The position numbers and the translations under genes were made by a program. 40,558 bases of DNA from a bacterium (GTDB taxonomy: Bacteria; Patescibacteriota; Minisyncoccia; UBA6257; GWB1-50-10). The stretch covers positions 1 to 40,558 of the forward strand of contig JAJYWR010000004.1 of the NCBI GenBank assembly GCA_021791395.1, written 5' to 3'. Below, piece after piece: positions 25,893 through 35,038 of the stretch. The number at the start of each line of letters is the position of its first letter. Position 1 is the stretch's first letter. The notes beneath the pieces are model-generated. The model worked only from the letters and a program-made list of their open reading frames with translations, ran no database searches and had not been told where the DNA came from.

Positions 25893-28106
25893 TTATGATG
25901 TTTCGTGTTCCTGTGTCCTTTCTTTGTACAAACCTTCGCCTTGCCAGCTTGTTTGCTTCGCTGCGGAAAGATTGTTGCCGATCGCCTTCTTTCTCAGCTC
26001 CCTGTCGCCTCCGGTGGCGTTGTCGATGGTTATTGTTTTGGTGACGGTTTCCCGCGGCCTTCCGTCTTCTCCGAGGAGAGGACTTGTTTCTCTCACTTCA
26101 TATGTGCCGCCATTCTGAAGAGTGTTTTGAATATCGGTGACTTTCTTTTGCAGCTCGTTTCTCTTTTGTTGCAATTTTGTCATTTCCTCCGTCTTACCGA
26201 GGTCTTTTGCGTCCTTGTAATCCTTCAACGTCGCGTCCAATTGGTCGTTGGTTTTATCCAAAAGGTCAAACATCTCCTTCACTGCGGCCCGCTTCTCATC
26301 CGTTGCAGCGCCCGAGATAAAGGCTCCTTGGATACCTTTCATGTATTCTTCCTTTTGTGCTTTTGCCCCCTTGTTACCTAAGTCGCGTATTTGCTGTTGT
26401 CTTAAGTGAGGCGCAATTTGTTTAATAATATCCTTGTCGAGTTTCGATACGTCCTCTACCTTCCCAACGGCTTTCTCCAGATCCATGCCGGCGGCAGCGG
26501 CAGCAACGGGATCGAATGCCGCTATCCTCTCCGTTGCCCCAGCTCTCTTGATTGCCTTCACGAGCTTTGCCTTGGTGCCGTCGTTCAAGAGATTCCATCC
26601 GCCTTTTTCAGCCAAGGCGAGAGCGGCGCCCACATCATCCTCGGTCATGACGGTTTGCTTATCGAGTTTGGCAGCCAAGAGTTCCTTTGAGTATTTTTTG
26701 TTTTCGCCCTGTGATTTGTCTATCTCCTTCTTGGATTCTTCCTTTGCGCCGAATGAAGCGCCGGCAAGGCCGCGGAAAGCGCCCCCGACGACCGGTATCC
26801 TTCCCAGGCTTTCCCCTCCCCGCTCGAGCCACGATTTCCCATCCTTGTCGCCGGCGGATCCGGCCGTGAGCGCTCTTCTGCCGAGTCTCCCAGCTCTCCC
26901 AACAGTCTGTTTTCCGGCCCACCCCTTTGCTTTTTCGCCGGTCTTCTTTGCAACGCCCATCAGGGCGTTTGCGCCGGCAATGCCCATGCTGTTTGCGGCC
27001 ATGAGTCCGCCGATCAAAAATCCGACCAAAATGAGCATATTGGTGAGTTGGATGACGGCACCGCTGATGAGCGTCGGGTTCAAGCTGGCGTTTGAGTTTT
27101 GGCTCAAAATCGTTCCCGAAATGTTATTGACCGCATTTACCGTGGCAAGGGTAAGATAAAGAAAGAAAGAAAGGATAGGGGCTACGAACGCCCAATGGAT
27201 AAACTGAGACCACCACTTCCCCCCCTCGCTCTTTAACTGTCCGATTGGTATCACATTGAAAAGCCACGGCAAGGGCGCGATCGCCATGAGAAATGCGAGC
27301 CACACAAATCGCGAAAGGAGCATGAGGGCGACGGCGAGCATCACGAGTGCCATAAGGAAGGTAAAGGCAGTAGCGAATAACAAACTCCCCACGCTCACAA
27401 TGGCAGTTGAAAATCCGGGCGTCAGGGTTTTCGCGGTGGTTTGATCAATCTCAAGGAGTTTTTGGGGATTAAAAGCCGCCGTTATTTCGCTTCCAATGTC
27501 CTGCGATTGGGCATAAGATCCATTGCCGAGCGATCGGTCGATGAAGAATTTTGTCACCACGTTCGTAAAGTCGAGAATGGCTCCGCCGATCATCAAGCTG
27601 AAATTCACAAGAATCGCGGCGGCGATGAGTTTGGGGAGCATTTTTTGGGCGCCGTACTGATTGAATCGGAGGATGGTCATAAAAGCGATCACGATAAGAG
27701 CGAGGACAAATCCGAGGTTTGCTAAATCCCTCGTAACTTGCCAGCCGGTCAAGACGACCGGCATTTCCATAATGTAGTTGTTCAAGCCGAAGGCGAAAGA
27801 AATAAGCTGGGAACCGAGGTAGATAAGAACGCCGGCAACCCATCCGAGGATATTCATCACGACGGTGACTGCGCCCGTAACCGTCGTGATCAACCCCTCC
27901 TTTATTACATTGAGAGCCGTCGAGCCGAAGGTCGCAAACTGAGCGGCGGTGCCGAAAGAGGACGTTGCGTTCGTGATTGGTACTTGGACGGTGGTTTGGG
28001 CTTTTGTGCCCGGCGATAAAACAGCAAAGAGCAGAATTGCCAGAGCTATGCCGATCACGAAGTTCCTCTTTTTCAACATTTTCATTAAGGTTTCAGTAGT
28101 TGCCAT
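25893..28106 (-). CDS. VirB6/TrbL-like polytopic membrane protein with a long charged C-terminal tail
   Basis: GWQVTRDLANLGF, KLIAAAILVNFSL, RFVWL..L.AIAPL, WWSQF; multiple TM segments; start uncertain (28106, 28085 or 28079). Confidence 0.75.
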   Translation of the reverse strand: MATTETLMKMLKKRNFVIGIALAILLFAVLSPGTKAQTTVQVPITNATSSFGTAAQFATFGSTALNVIKEGLITTVTGAVTVVMNILGWVAGVLIYLGSQLISFAFGLNNYIMEMPVVLTGWQVTRDLANLGFVLALIVIAFMTILRFNQYGAQKMLPKLIAAAILVNFSLMIGGAILDFTNVVTKFFIDRSLGNGSYAQSQDIGSEITAAFNPQKLLEIDQTTAKTLTPGFSTAIVSVGSLLFATAFTFLMALVMLAVALMLLSRFVWLAFLMAIAPLPWLFNVIPIGQLKSEGGKWWSQFIHWAFVAPILSFFLYLTLATVNAVNNISGTILSQNSNASLNPTLISGAVIQLTNMLILVGFLIGGLMAANSMGIAGANALMGVAKKTGEKAKGWAGKQTVGRAGRLGRRALTAGSAGDKDGKSWLERGGESLGRIPVVGGAFRGLAGASFGAKEESKKEIDKSQGENKKYSKELLAAKLDKQTVMTEDDVGAALALAEKGGWNLLNDGTKAKLVKAIKRAGATERIAAFDPVAAAAAGMDLEKAVGKVEDVSKLDKDIIKQIAPHLRQQQIRDLGNKGAKAQKEEYMKGIQGAFISGAATDEKRAAVKEMFDLLDKTNDQLDATLKDYKDAKDLGKTEEMTKLQQKRNELQKKVTDIQNTLQNGGTYEVRETSPLLGEDGRPRETVTKTITIDNATGGDRELRKKAIGNNLSAAKQTSWQGEGLYKERTQEHETS

Positions 28107-29998
28107 TTTTCTTGGATGGCGGGAAGGCTTTGAAGAATCCCCCGGATGCCCGAGATGCCAACCTTCGTCAGTTTGTTGATGACCGCGTTTTGGATGATGG
28201 TGCCGATATCAGTCAGATCCTGTGCGTTGATGATGGCATTCGTATCGACTTGGGAGGCTTGTTGGGCCAAGCCCGCGGCAATATTTGACGGCTGGGTGAC
28301 AATGGCGCTCGCGCACTGGTAATACGTGGACTTATTGGAGCTCGTGTAGATTTTGCCGGATGATTGGTCGAAGAATGCACTTGGAGTCAACATCGATTGG
28401 GCATCCGTCGGGACCACCATGCCGTTCGGATCGCTGAAGGTATTGTTCAGGGCATAGCAAACGCCGTTTTCCAGCCGGGTGTTCGACGATCCGGAGTTGC
28501 AGTAATACGATGGCTGTTCTTTATATTCATCCCATTCGGTACACGCGTAGGTGTTTTTGTAGCCGTTCGATTGACTCATTTGGCTTTGAAGGTTTTGTTG
28601 TGCCACATCGTTCGCTTGCGCGGCCATTTGCTGGGTGATGAGTGATGCGCCGTAGTAGTTGTTTTGCGGCATCCAGATCTCCTGATACCCAAGCCAATTT
28701 CCACTCCGGAAATTGGTGTAAAAACCCTGGATGTTTGAAACCACTTGGTTTAAGGTACAGCTCGCTTGCTGATAAAACGGATTCGACTGTCGGTTTGTTG
28801 TGGGGATTTGGAGCGTTACGGCGAGCTGGAACGGTTGGCAAAGCTGCGGCGCGACTTGGGAAATGATATTGTCGACGGCGTTCAATCCAGCGTCCGCAAG
28901 GTCTTTGAGGGGCCGTTGGAAATACTGCGGAGGATTCACGGTGATCTTCCCGTCGGAACTCACCTTGATACCTCCGCCTTGGATCCAGTCGACGGTCTCG
29001 GTGGTGAACTGGTAGAGGAGAGACCGCTTGATCGTCTCGACGGTATCCTGGAGGAGGAGATTGCACTTCGCTCTCGTGTCCGCGATGAGCTCTTGGTTCT
29101 TTTGTTCGGCGATGACTTGTTTCGTCGCTTCCGTGTTTTGGTTCACGGCTGATTGTACGCTTTGGTCGTAGACGGGAACTTGGGTGCTGAGACCGAGTGC
29201 TGATTTTGCAAACTGCGTGAGTTGCCCCGAGACGTTGAGACCTAGCTTGGTAAGCTCTTGCTTCATTTGATTTTCGACATCGCTCCTAATGTTGCTGATT
29301 TGGTTGTTGACGCTTTGCCCCAAGGCTGAATGGGAAAAGATGTTTTGGAGGGCGCCTTGGATGCTGTTGCTGTTGAAAAAATTCGTCAGTTGATTGATTG
29401 AAAGGTTCGGGGTGCCGAAGATGCTTTTCAGCGTGCTGGTTCCGACGAGGGTGCTGAGATCTATTTTGTAATTGCCGAGTGCGTTAGAAAGCAGATTTTT
29501 GATCTTTGGCATAATGAAGAGGCCGATATTTTTTTCGAGTTGCGTGGAGCTCCCCAGGGTTGTATACCACGCATATTTTTGCGCGATTTGAGCCGCCGCA
29601 AGGCATGACTCCATGCCCGGAGGGTTTTGCTGTTCAGTTGTCGAAAAAAGTCCGCCGCCGGTCGCCGTTCCGTTGCTGCATGCCCACCGTATGGTATCTC
29701 CCGCGTGAGTTGAGCTTGCGGTATTTAGAGTGTAGGTCGGCACCGTCGCTCCCGAGGTGGAGTCCGTTGATGTGGTTAGCCCGAAACTCCCCGGCAAGGC
29801 AGTTGTGGGCGTTGGAGGAGAAGTAAAATCGTTAAGGTTGGCGGGGTCAACCGGGTTGCCGTTCGATGCCCACACGAGGCTATACGAATCGCATGACTGG
29901 GAAACGGTTTGGGCACTCGAAAGAATCGGGAATACCGCATAGGTCACTGTTATGACGCCAAGGAGAAAAACCGCGGCAGTTTTAAATAAGTTTTTCAT
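28085..29998 (-). CDS. Large secreted Cys-containing hypothetical protein of the T4SS-like cluster
   Basis: Signal peptide; LCQPFQL...CTLNQVVSN...W....W.PQNNYYG; overlaps both neighbours. Confidence 0.75.
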   Translation of the reverse strand: MKNLFKTAAVFLLGVITVTYAVFPILSSAQTVSQSCDSYSLVWASNGNPVDPANLNDFTSPPTPTTALPGSFGLTTSTDSTSGATVPTYTLNTASSTHAGDTIRWACSNGTATGGGLFSTTEQQNPPGMESCLAAAQIAQKYAWYTTLGSSTQLEKNIGLFIMPKIKNLLSNALGNYKIDLSTLVGTSTLKSIFGTPNLSINQLTNFFNSNSIQGALQNIFSHSALGQSVNNQISNIRSDVENQMKQELTKLGLNVSGQLTQFAKSALGLSTQVPVYDQSVQSAVNQNTEATKQVIAEQKNQELIADTRAKCNLLLQDTVETIKRSLLYQFTTETVDWIQGGGIKVSSDGKITVNPPQYFQRPLKDLADAGLNAVDNIISQVAPQLCQPFQLAVTLQIPTTNRQSNPFYQQASCTLNQVVSNIQGFYTNFRSGNWLGYQEIWMPQNNYYGASLITQQMAAQANDVAQQNLQSQMSQSNGYKNTYACTEWDEYKEQPSYYCNSGSSNTRLENGVCYALNNTFSDPNGMVVPTDAQSMLTPSAFFDQSSGKIYTSSNKSTYYQCASAIVTQPSNIAAGLAQQASQVDTNAIINAQDLTDIGTIIQNAVINKLTKVGISGIRGILQSLPAIQEKWQLLKP

Positions 29999-30740
29999 CT
30001 TGTATTTTTTGGTTTATTTCATTCTGTATTTCGGAAAAAACGGCATCGAATTGATTCGATCCTCCTTGGTAGAGGGCGATCATAAATCGTACCGGGTCGT
30101 TGTTCGCCTTGGCGAGTGACTGAAAAACATTCCGTTGGTGGATGAGGAGTGTCAGGAGATTTTTTTGAATTGAGACCCACGAGGGCGGGACCTTGACCGC
30201 CTCGAGAAGTTGTACGGCCGTATTGAAGTTCTGCGCCGCGGTTGTAAACGATGTCGCAAGGTTCGTCGAGGGCGTTGAGGTTCCGCTGAAGGTTGGAATA
30301 TCCGAGATGACTTGATTCACGTAGAGGAGGTAGAGGGTTTGCGCCGCCTTTGAGTCATCGGTGCCGACGGTGATGTCGGAGCTCGTGACGACCTCGGTTG
30401 CATACTCATTGTCGATAATTTGTGAAATGGTCTTTTGAATATCCGACGTGTTCGGCGGAAGGATGCTTGCGGGTCCGCTCGTTTGATATAGGTCGTTCGT
30501 GATTGCGCTTTGAAACACCTTATTTGCGAAGTCAAGGGTCAGGTTTTCGAGAGGATTTGATTGGAAAACAAGCGACGGATCGAGTTTTGCGCCCTTGGTG
30601 CTTGTGGCGATGGAAATGCCGGTCGCCTGCGGCTCTGCCGATGCGGGTTTGATGATGAGATAGGCGCTCAAGCCGACGGCCGCGCCCAAAATGAGGATGC
30701 CAACTACTCTTCTTTTTCTTTTAGTTAAATGAAGTCTCAT
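29982..30740 (-). CDS. Membrane-anchored hypothetical protein
   Basis: Basic N-terminus plus TM, helical C-domain (VPPSW). Confidence 0.7.
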   Translation of the reverse strand: MRLHLTKRKRRVVGILILGAAVGLSAYLIIKPASAEPQATGISIATSTKGAKLDPSLVFQSNPLENLTLDFANKVFQSAITNDLYQTSGPASILPPNTSDIQKTISQIIDNEYATEVVTSSDITVGTDDSKAAQTLYLLYVNQVISDIPTFSGTSTPSTNLATSFTTAAQNFNTAVQLLEAVKVPPSWVSIQKNLLTLLIHQRNVFQSLAKANNDPVRFMIALYQGGSNQFDAVFSEIQNEINQKIQDEKLI

Positions 30741-30821
30741 TCGTATTTCGTGACTAACTTTAAATAGCGCAGGTAGAACAATTCCTGATTCTAATTATAC
30801 ACTATTCTCCGCGCTTTTTCG

Positions 30822-31190
30822 CTATAATGAAGGGGTTTTTGACGTGCCGATGACGTATACAGGCATCGCGAAGACCGGTACCGGAGGAACAGTCGTCGTA
30901 AAACAGATCGGGAGCGGCGTCGGAAGATACAACCCGAGAATCCAAATACCCGGCGCGATGACTTCTGTTGGAAAACCAATGAGGGCTGAGGCGGTTCCGC
31001 CGAACGGGCCGACTGCCGAAAGGCCAGCCGGCGTAATTGTGAAGGGTGGTTTTCCGTCGGAACAGACTGCGCCCGGTACCACGGTCGTTATTTTTCCGCC
31101 GAATGGCAAAAGTATGCCGGCGGCGAATGTCGGTGCGGCAATGAGCGATATGCCAAGCGCAAATACGGAAGCAAGAACAATTTTTTTCAT
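30822..31190 (-). CDS. Small secreted Pro/Gly/Cys-rich hypothetical protein
   Basis: Signal peptide MKKIVLASVFALG...FAA; PFGGKI..C; WILGLY...C; TATAAT 10 nt upstream. Confidence 0.65.
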   Translation of the reverse strand: MKKIVLASVFALGISLIAAPTFAAGILLPFGGKITTVVPGAVCSDGKPPFTITPAGLSAVGPFGGTASALIGFPTEVIAPGIWILGLYLPTPLPICFTTTVPPVPVFAMPVYVIGTSKTPSL

Positions 31191-31197
31191 TATTTCT

Positions 31198-31965
31198 TTA
31201 ATTATACAACGCCGCAAAAAGATTTTGTATCTCGGTGAGCGACAGGTTTTGTGGCCTCGCCCCCGGATCGATGTTTATCTCCTGCAATTTTTGTGTTAAT
31301 TCACCTTTTGTCATTTGAAATTCGTCATCTGTCATTAAATTATTCACTATCGTCTTCCTTGGTTGTTTGAAGAGAGTGCGGAGAAATGCGAAATAACGAG
31401 GGTTTAGGGAATGGGGTTTAGGGGATAGGGTAATGACGGCGGAATCGACTTGCGGCGGTGGAAAAAATTCTTTCCTCCTGACATGAGCGATGATTTTCGG
31501 CTCGGCCCATGATTGTGTGACGGCAGCGAGGAGATTCATGGAAGGTGGCTCGGCAACAATTCGTTCAGCAACCTCCTTTTGAATGAGGAGTGTTATCGTT
31601 TCTGGTTTGTGTTCAAGTTCGCTCAAAATCCGTAAAAGGTGCCCGGTAATGTAGTAGGGAATGTTACCAACCACTTTGTAATTAGTAACTGGTAACAAGT
31701 AATCAGCAACGAGGGACGGAAGTAATTTTAAAATATCACCATCGATGATTTCTATATTTTTCTTATTTTCGAATTTCTTTTTTAAATAGTGAGCTAATTG
31801 CCTGTCTTTTTCCACTGCAATAATTCTAGTTACTAATTGTTCCGTGAGCTCCCCATGCCCTGGCCCGATTTCGATAATAATATCCCCGCTCTTAATATGG
31901 AGAGTGTTGACGATTTTTGTGATGATCTCCTTGTTTTTGAGAAAATGTTGCCCCAGACGTTGCAT
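31198..31965 (-). CDS. rsmA: 16S rRNA m6,2A dimethyltransferase KsgA/RsmA
   Basis: LGQHFL, IEIGPGHG, AVEKD, VVGNIPYYIT, QKEVAERI, FFPPPQVDSA; start at ATG 31965. Confidence 0.95.
   Translation of the reverse strand: MQRLGQHFLKNKEIITKIVNTLHIKSGDIIIEIGPGHGELTEQLVTRIIAVEKDRQLAHYLKKKFENKKNIEIIDGDILKLLPSLVADYLLPVTNYKVVGNIPYYITGHLLRILSELEHKPETITLLIQKEVAERIVAEPPSMNLLAAVTQSWAEPKIIAHVRRKEFFPPPQVDSAVITLSPKPHSLNPRYFAFLRTLFKQPRKTIVNNLMTDDEFQMTKGELTQKLQEINIDPGARPQNLSLTEIQNLFAALYN
31307..31334 (+). repeat. Degenerate heptamer array in rsmA (TTTGTCA TTTGAAA TTCGTCA TCTGTCA)
   Basis: Read directly. Confidence 0.6.
31398..31432 (+). repeat. Degenerate heptamer array in rsmA (GAGGGTT TAGGGAA TGGGGTT TAGGGGA TAGGGTA)
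   Basis: Read directly. Confidence 0.65.
31676..31710 (+). repeat. Degenerate heptamer array in rsmA (TTGTAAT TAGTAAC TGGTAAC AAGTAAT CAGCAAC)
   Basis: Read directly. Confidence 0.65.
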
Positions 31966-32132
31966 GTAGTACAGTGTAAAGCTCAAAGTATAAATTTCAA
32001 AATTAAAATTCAAAAGTGGAAAGTTTTACGTTTTGGTTTTGTTGTTTAAGTTTTGCATTTTTCACTATTTCTGCTATACTTATATGTATTCGTGTTTGGC
32101 TCAAATATGCAGGGAGCTTTGGGGGCTCCCTC

Positions 32133-32972
32133 TTGAGATCCGCAGCATTCTGGGGGGCCTTTTTATTTGTGGCGGCAAGCGTGACCTTTTCCGCCTTTGG
32201 TGCCGGTTTTGGGGAAGGGGCTTCGAGTACACTCTTCGGTTCCGGCGGACCGACTGCGATTTCTCAAACTTCTTACGTTGTCGCGGGAACGGGGGAAGCT
32301 TCCCCGAGTGAAAATACCGTTTTGAACACTGTTTTTGTTTCCGATTCGGCGATCATGGGAGATTCGAGTCCTCTTATCGGCATTGTCCCCCTCGGAAACG
32401 GCATGATGAAATATAAAGTACGTCGGGGCGATACACTCTCAAGTGTTGCAGGACAATTTCGAACGACGGTTGCCGAGATAAAACTCGCGAACCAAAATAC
32501 GAAGAATCTTACGCCGGGCTCATGGGTTGTCATTCCGTCGGTTGTCGCTTCAGGCACGCTGAGTGTTGCCACAAGCTCAACAAATCTCCCTAATCTCAGG
32601 GGCTACTTTAGCTTGCCGGCCGTCGGATGGAATTGGGGGACACTGCACCCCTATAATGCAGTCGATATTGCGAACCAGTGCGGCACGCCGGTCTCCGCGG
32701 CCGCCGATGGACTCGTGGTATCAGATCCGAATCTCGGAGACGGCTCGTCCGGATGGAACGACGGCTATGGAATCTTCGTGCTTGTAGAACATCCAAATGG
32801 CACAAAAACGAGATATGCTCATCTTGCTAAAGTGCTCGTGAAGGTCGGCGATGTTGTCACGAAAGGCCAAGAAATTGGGCTTATGGGAAATACGGGGAAT
32901 ACTCAGGGGCCTACTGGTTGTCATTTACACTTCGAGGTGTACGGAGCAAAGAATCCATTCGCGATAAACTAA
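32133..32972 (+). CDS. LysM + M23 family peptidoglycan endopeptidase
   Basis: YKVRRGDTLSSVA LysM; HPYNAVD, YAHL, HLHFEV M23 motifs; start uncertain (TTG 32133 gives a signal-peptide-like N-terminus; frame is open from 32016). Confidence 0.88.
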   Translation: MRSAAFWGAFLFVAASVTFSAFGAGFGEGASSTLFGSGGPTAISQTSYVVAGTGEASPSENTVLNTVFVSDSAIMGDSSPLIGIVPLGNGMMKYKVRRGDTLSSVAGQFRTTVAEIKLANQNTKNLTPGSWVVIPSVVASGTLSVATSSTNLPNLRGYFSLPAVGWNWGTLHPYNAVDIANQCGTPVSAAADGLVVSDPNLGDGSSGWNDGYGIFVLVEHPNGTKTRYAHLAKVLVKVGDVVTKGQEIGLMGNTGNTQGPTGCHLHFEVYGAKNPFAIN

Positions 32973-33063
32973 CAACGGATATAACAGTAGAGATAAATTG
33001 AGATACGTTGCCTCTCTATGTATTTCGTTCCGCGAAGCGGAACTTATTTCTATTTATATCCGC

Positions 33064-34599
33064 TTACTGTTCCCGTATCCGGTATTGAAAGGCCTCCGCA
33101 AGGTGGCTCTTTTTTATTGTTGGAGCATTTTCGAGATCCGCTATGGTTCTCGCAACCTTGAGCGTTCGGTAGTATCCTCTCGCCGAGATGAAGTTTTTTT
33201 CGATTGCATCTTTAAGAAACTCCTCGCCATCGCGATCCGTATGCAGAAGCTCATCGACGTCTCTCGATGTCATTTCCGCATTGGTGTAGGCGCGGATGTT
33301 TGCGTTTCGAAATCGTTCGTTTTGGACATTCCTCGCCGCGCTGACCCGCGCCCTCATTTCTTCATCTTCGTGATCATCCCCCCCACCCAAAAGATCATCC
33401 ATTTTCACCCTTGGCACGTTTATTTGAATGTCCATTCGATCGAGGAGTGGACCCGAGATCTTTTTTTGATAGCGAAAAACCTCATTTGCCGTACACGTGC
33501 ATTCCCGTTCCAGATCTCCGAAGTAGCCACAAGGGCAGGGGTTCTTGGCGGCGACGAGCATGAACCGGGCGGGGAAACTGACGGCCTTTTTGATCCGGGA
33601 AACGGTCACTCGGCCGCTTTCTATGGGCTGGCGGAGCGCCTCCAAAACGTCGCGCTTGAATTCCGGCAGCTCATCGAGGAAGAGCACTCCCCGGTGTGCC
33701 AAACTCACCTCCCCCGGTTTTGGGTCCTGACCGCCGCCTATGATTGCCATCAAAGACGATGTGTGGTGGGGCGACCTGAACTGTCGTTCGCGAACAAATC
33801 GCCTCTCCTTAGAAAGGAGTCCCGCGGCGCTCCAAACTTCGGTCATTTGGATCATTTCTTCGTATGATGGCGGCGGAAGTATGGAAATGAGTGCTTCGGC
33901 GAGCATGGTTTTTCCCGTTCCCGGAGGACCGGAGAAAATAATATTATGTCCCCCGGCGGCGGCAACTTCGAGTGCTCGCTTTGCCGCTTGCTGCCCCTTG
34001 ATGTGATTCACTTTTACGGACGGTTCGGGTGAGAGTGAGGTCATGTCCGTCTCGTCTTGGGGTTGTATGCCGCGGCCCTGCTCAAGGTGAGCGATAAGTT
34101 CCGTGAGATTTTTGACCGGCATAATCCTTAATCCCCGTACCATTGCCGCTTCTTCGGCGTTTTCTTTAGGAAGAAAGAATTCTTTAAAACCCATTTTTCT
34201 TGCGAGGATGGCGATGTTCAAGGCCCCCCCGATCGGCCGGAGATTCCCATCGAGAGATAGCTCACCAGCGAACATTTTTCCCCCACTCTCGAAGCCGGCC
34301 ATTTGTTCGCTTGCGAGAAGATACGACAGAGCGATAGGAAGATCGAAGTGCGATCCGCTTTTCTTTACATCCGCGGGGGCGAGATTGATTGTTATTTTTC
34401 GATTTTCTTTCGTGGGTGGCTTGATACCGGAATTTTTCAACGCGGAGTTTACTCGCTCCTTCGCTTCGGAGACGGCCTTATCGGCAAGGCCGACAATATT
34501 GAAAGCATGGAGGCCGACATTTAGATCGGCCTCCACCTCTATTGGCTCAGCATTTATCCCCGTAAGTTCAGCAGAATAAAGTTTTGGTATATTTCCCAT
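33064..34599 (-). CDS. comM: YifB/ComM family Mg-chelatase-like AAA+ ATPase
   Basis: ITINLAPADVKKSGSHFDLPIA, GELSLDG, GPPGTGKT, PGEVSLAHRGVLFLDE, NPCPCG, SGPLLDRMD. Confidence 0.93.
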   Translation of the reverse strand: MGNIPKLYSAELTGINAEPIEVEADLNVGLHAFNIVGLADKAVSEAKERVNSALKNSGIKPPTKENRKITINLAPADVKKSGSHFDLPIALSYLLASEQMAGFESGGKMFAGELSLDGNLRPIGGALNIAILARKMGFKEFFLPKENAEEAAMVRGLRIMPVKNLTELIAHLEQGRGIQPQDETDMTSLSPEPSVKVNHIKGQQAAKRALEVAAAGGHNIIFSGPPGTGKTMLAEALISILPPPSYEEMIQMTEVWSAAGLLSKERRFVRERQFRSPHHTSSLMAIIGGGQDPKPGEVSLAHRGVLFLDELPEFKRDVLEALRQPIESGRVTVSRIKKAVSFPARFMLVAAKNPCPCGYFGDLERECTCTANEVFRYQKKISGPLLDRMDIQINVPRVKMDDLLGGGDDHEDEEMRARVSAARNVQNERFRNANIRAYTNAEMTSRDVDELLHTDRDGEEFLKDAIEKNFISARGYYRTLKVARTIADLENAPTIKKSHLAEAFQYRIREQ

Positions 34600-34633
34600 T
34601 GACCCCTCCTTGAACTCCCTCGAGAAGGTTCTC

Positions 34634-34972
34634 CTACCTCCTCTTGCTTGCCTTACATTTTTTGCAGAGCAGCGATTCTGGATCGACGGCAAGGATCTCT
34701 CTTTCTATCGTTCCCCCGCATTCGGTGCAGGTGCCATACGTACCATTTTTGATTCGATCAAGTGCTGTCTCGATTTGTTTGAGGCGCTTGTCTTGGTTTT
34801 CTTTGACGCTGAGAAAATTCGCTGTTTCCTCTATTTCGTCGGCCTCTTCTTCCATGTGGTCGGTATCATCGCCAAAATCGAGTTCCGATTCGAATCTCTT
34901 AAGATTCGCTTCAATGAGCTTTTTTTCCTCAATAAGTTTTTCTTCTATTTTTTTGAGTTCTTCTTTGTTCAT
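34634..34972 (-). CDS. DksA/TraR family C4 zinc-finger protein
   Basis: Coiled coil, ALDRIKNGTYGTCTECG...P...CKKC. Confidence 0.88.
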   Translation of the reverse strand: MNKEELKKIEEKLIEEKKLIEANLKRFESELDFGDDTDHMEEEADEIEETANFLSVKENQDKRLKQIETALDRIKNGTYGTCTECGGTIEREILAVDPESLLCKKCKASKRR

Positions 34973-35038
34973 AGGGTGTAATAAAAGTCGGGTGAATGAT
35001 GGTTCATCGCCGAGGATAAGAACAAGCGATCGTTTGTT

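Noticed and set aside
18921-31190. Integrative conjugative element or prophage
   Set aside because: No integrase, relaxase, att repeats or phage structural genes seen; flanked directly by housekeeping genes
32998-33867. 289-aa plus-strand ORF and other long antisense ORFs (e.g. 26434-27159, 22333-22875, 13335-13895)
   Set aside because: Antisense shadows of well-supported genes, with no motifs of their own
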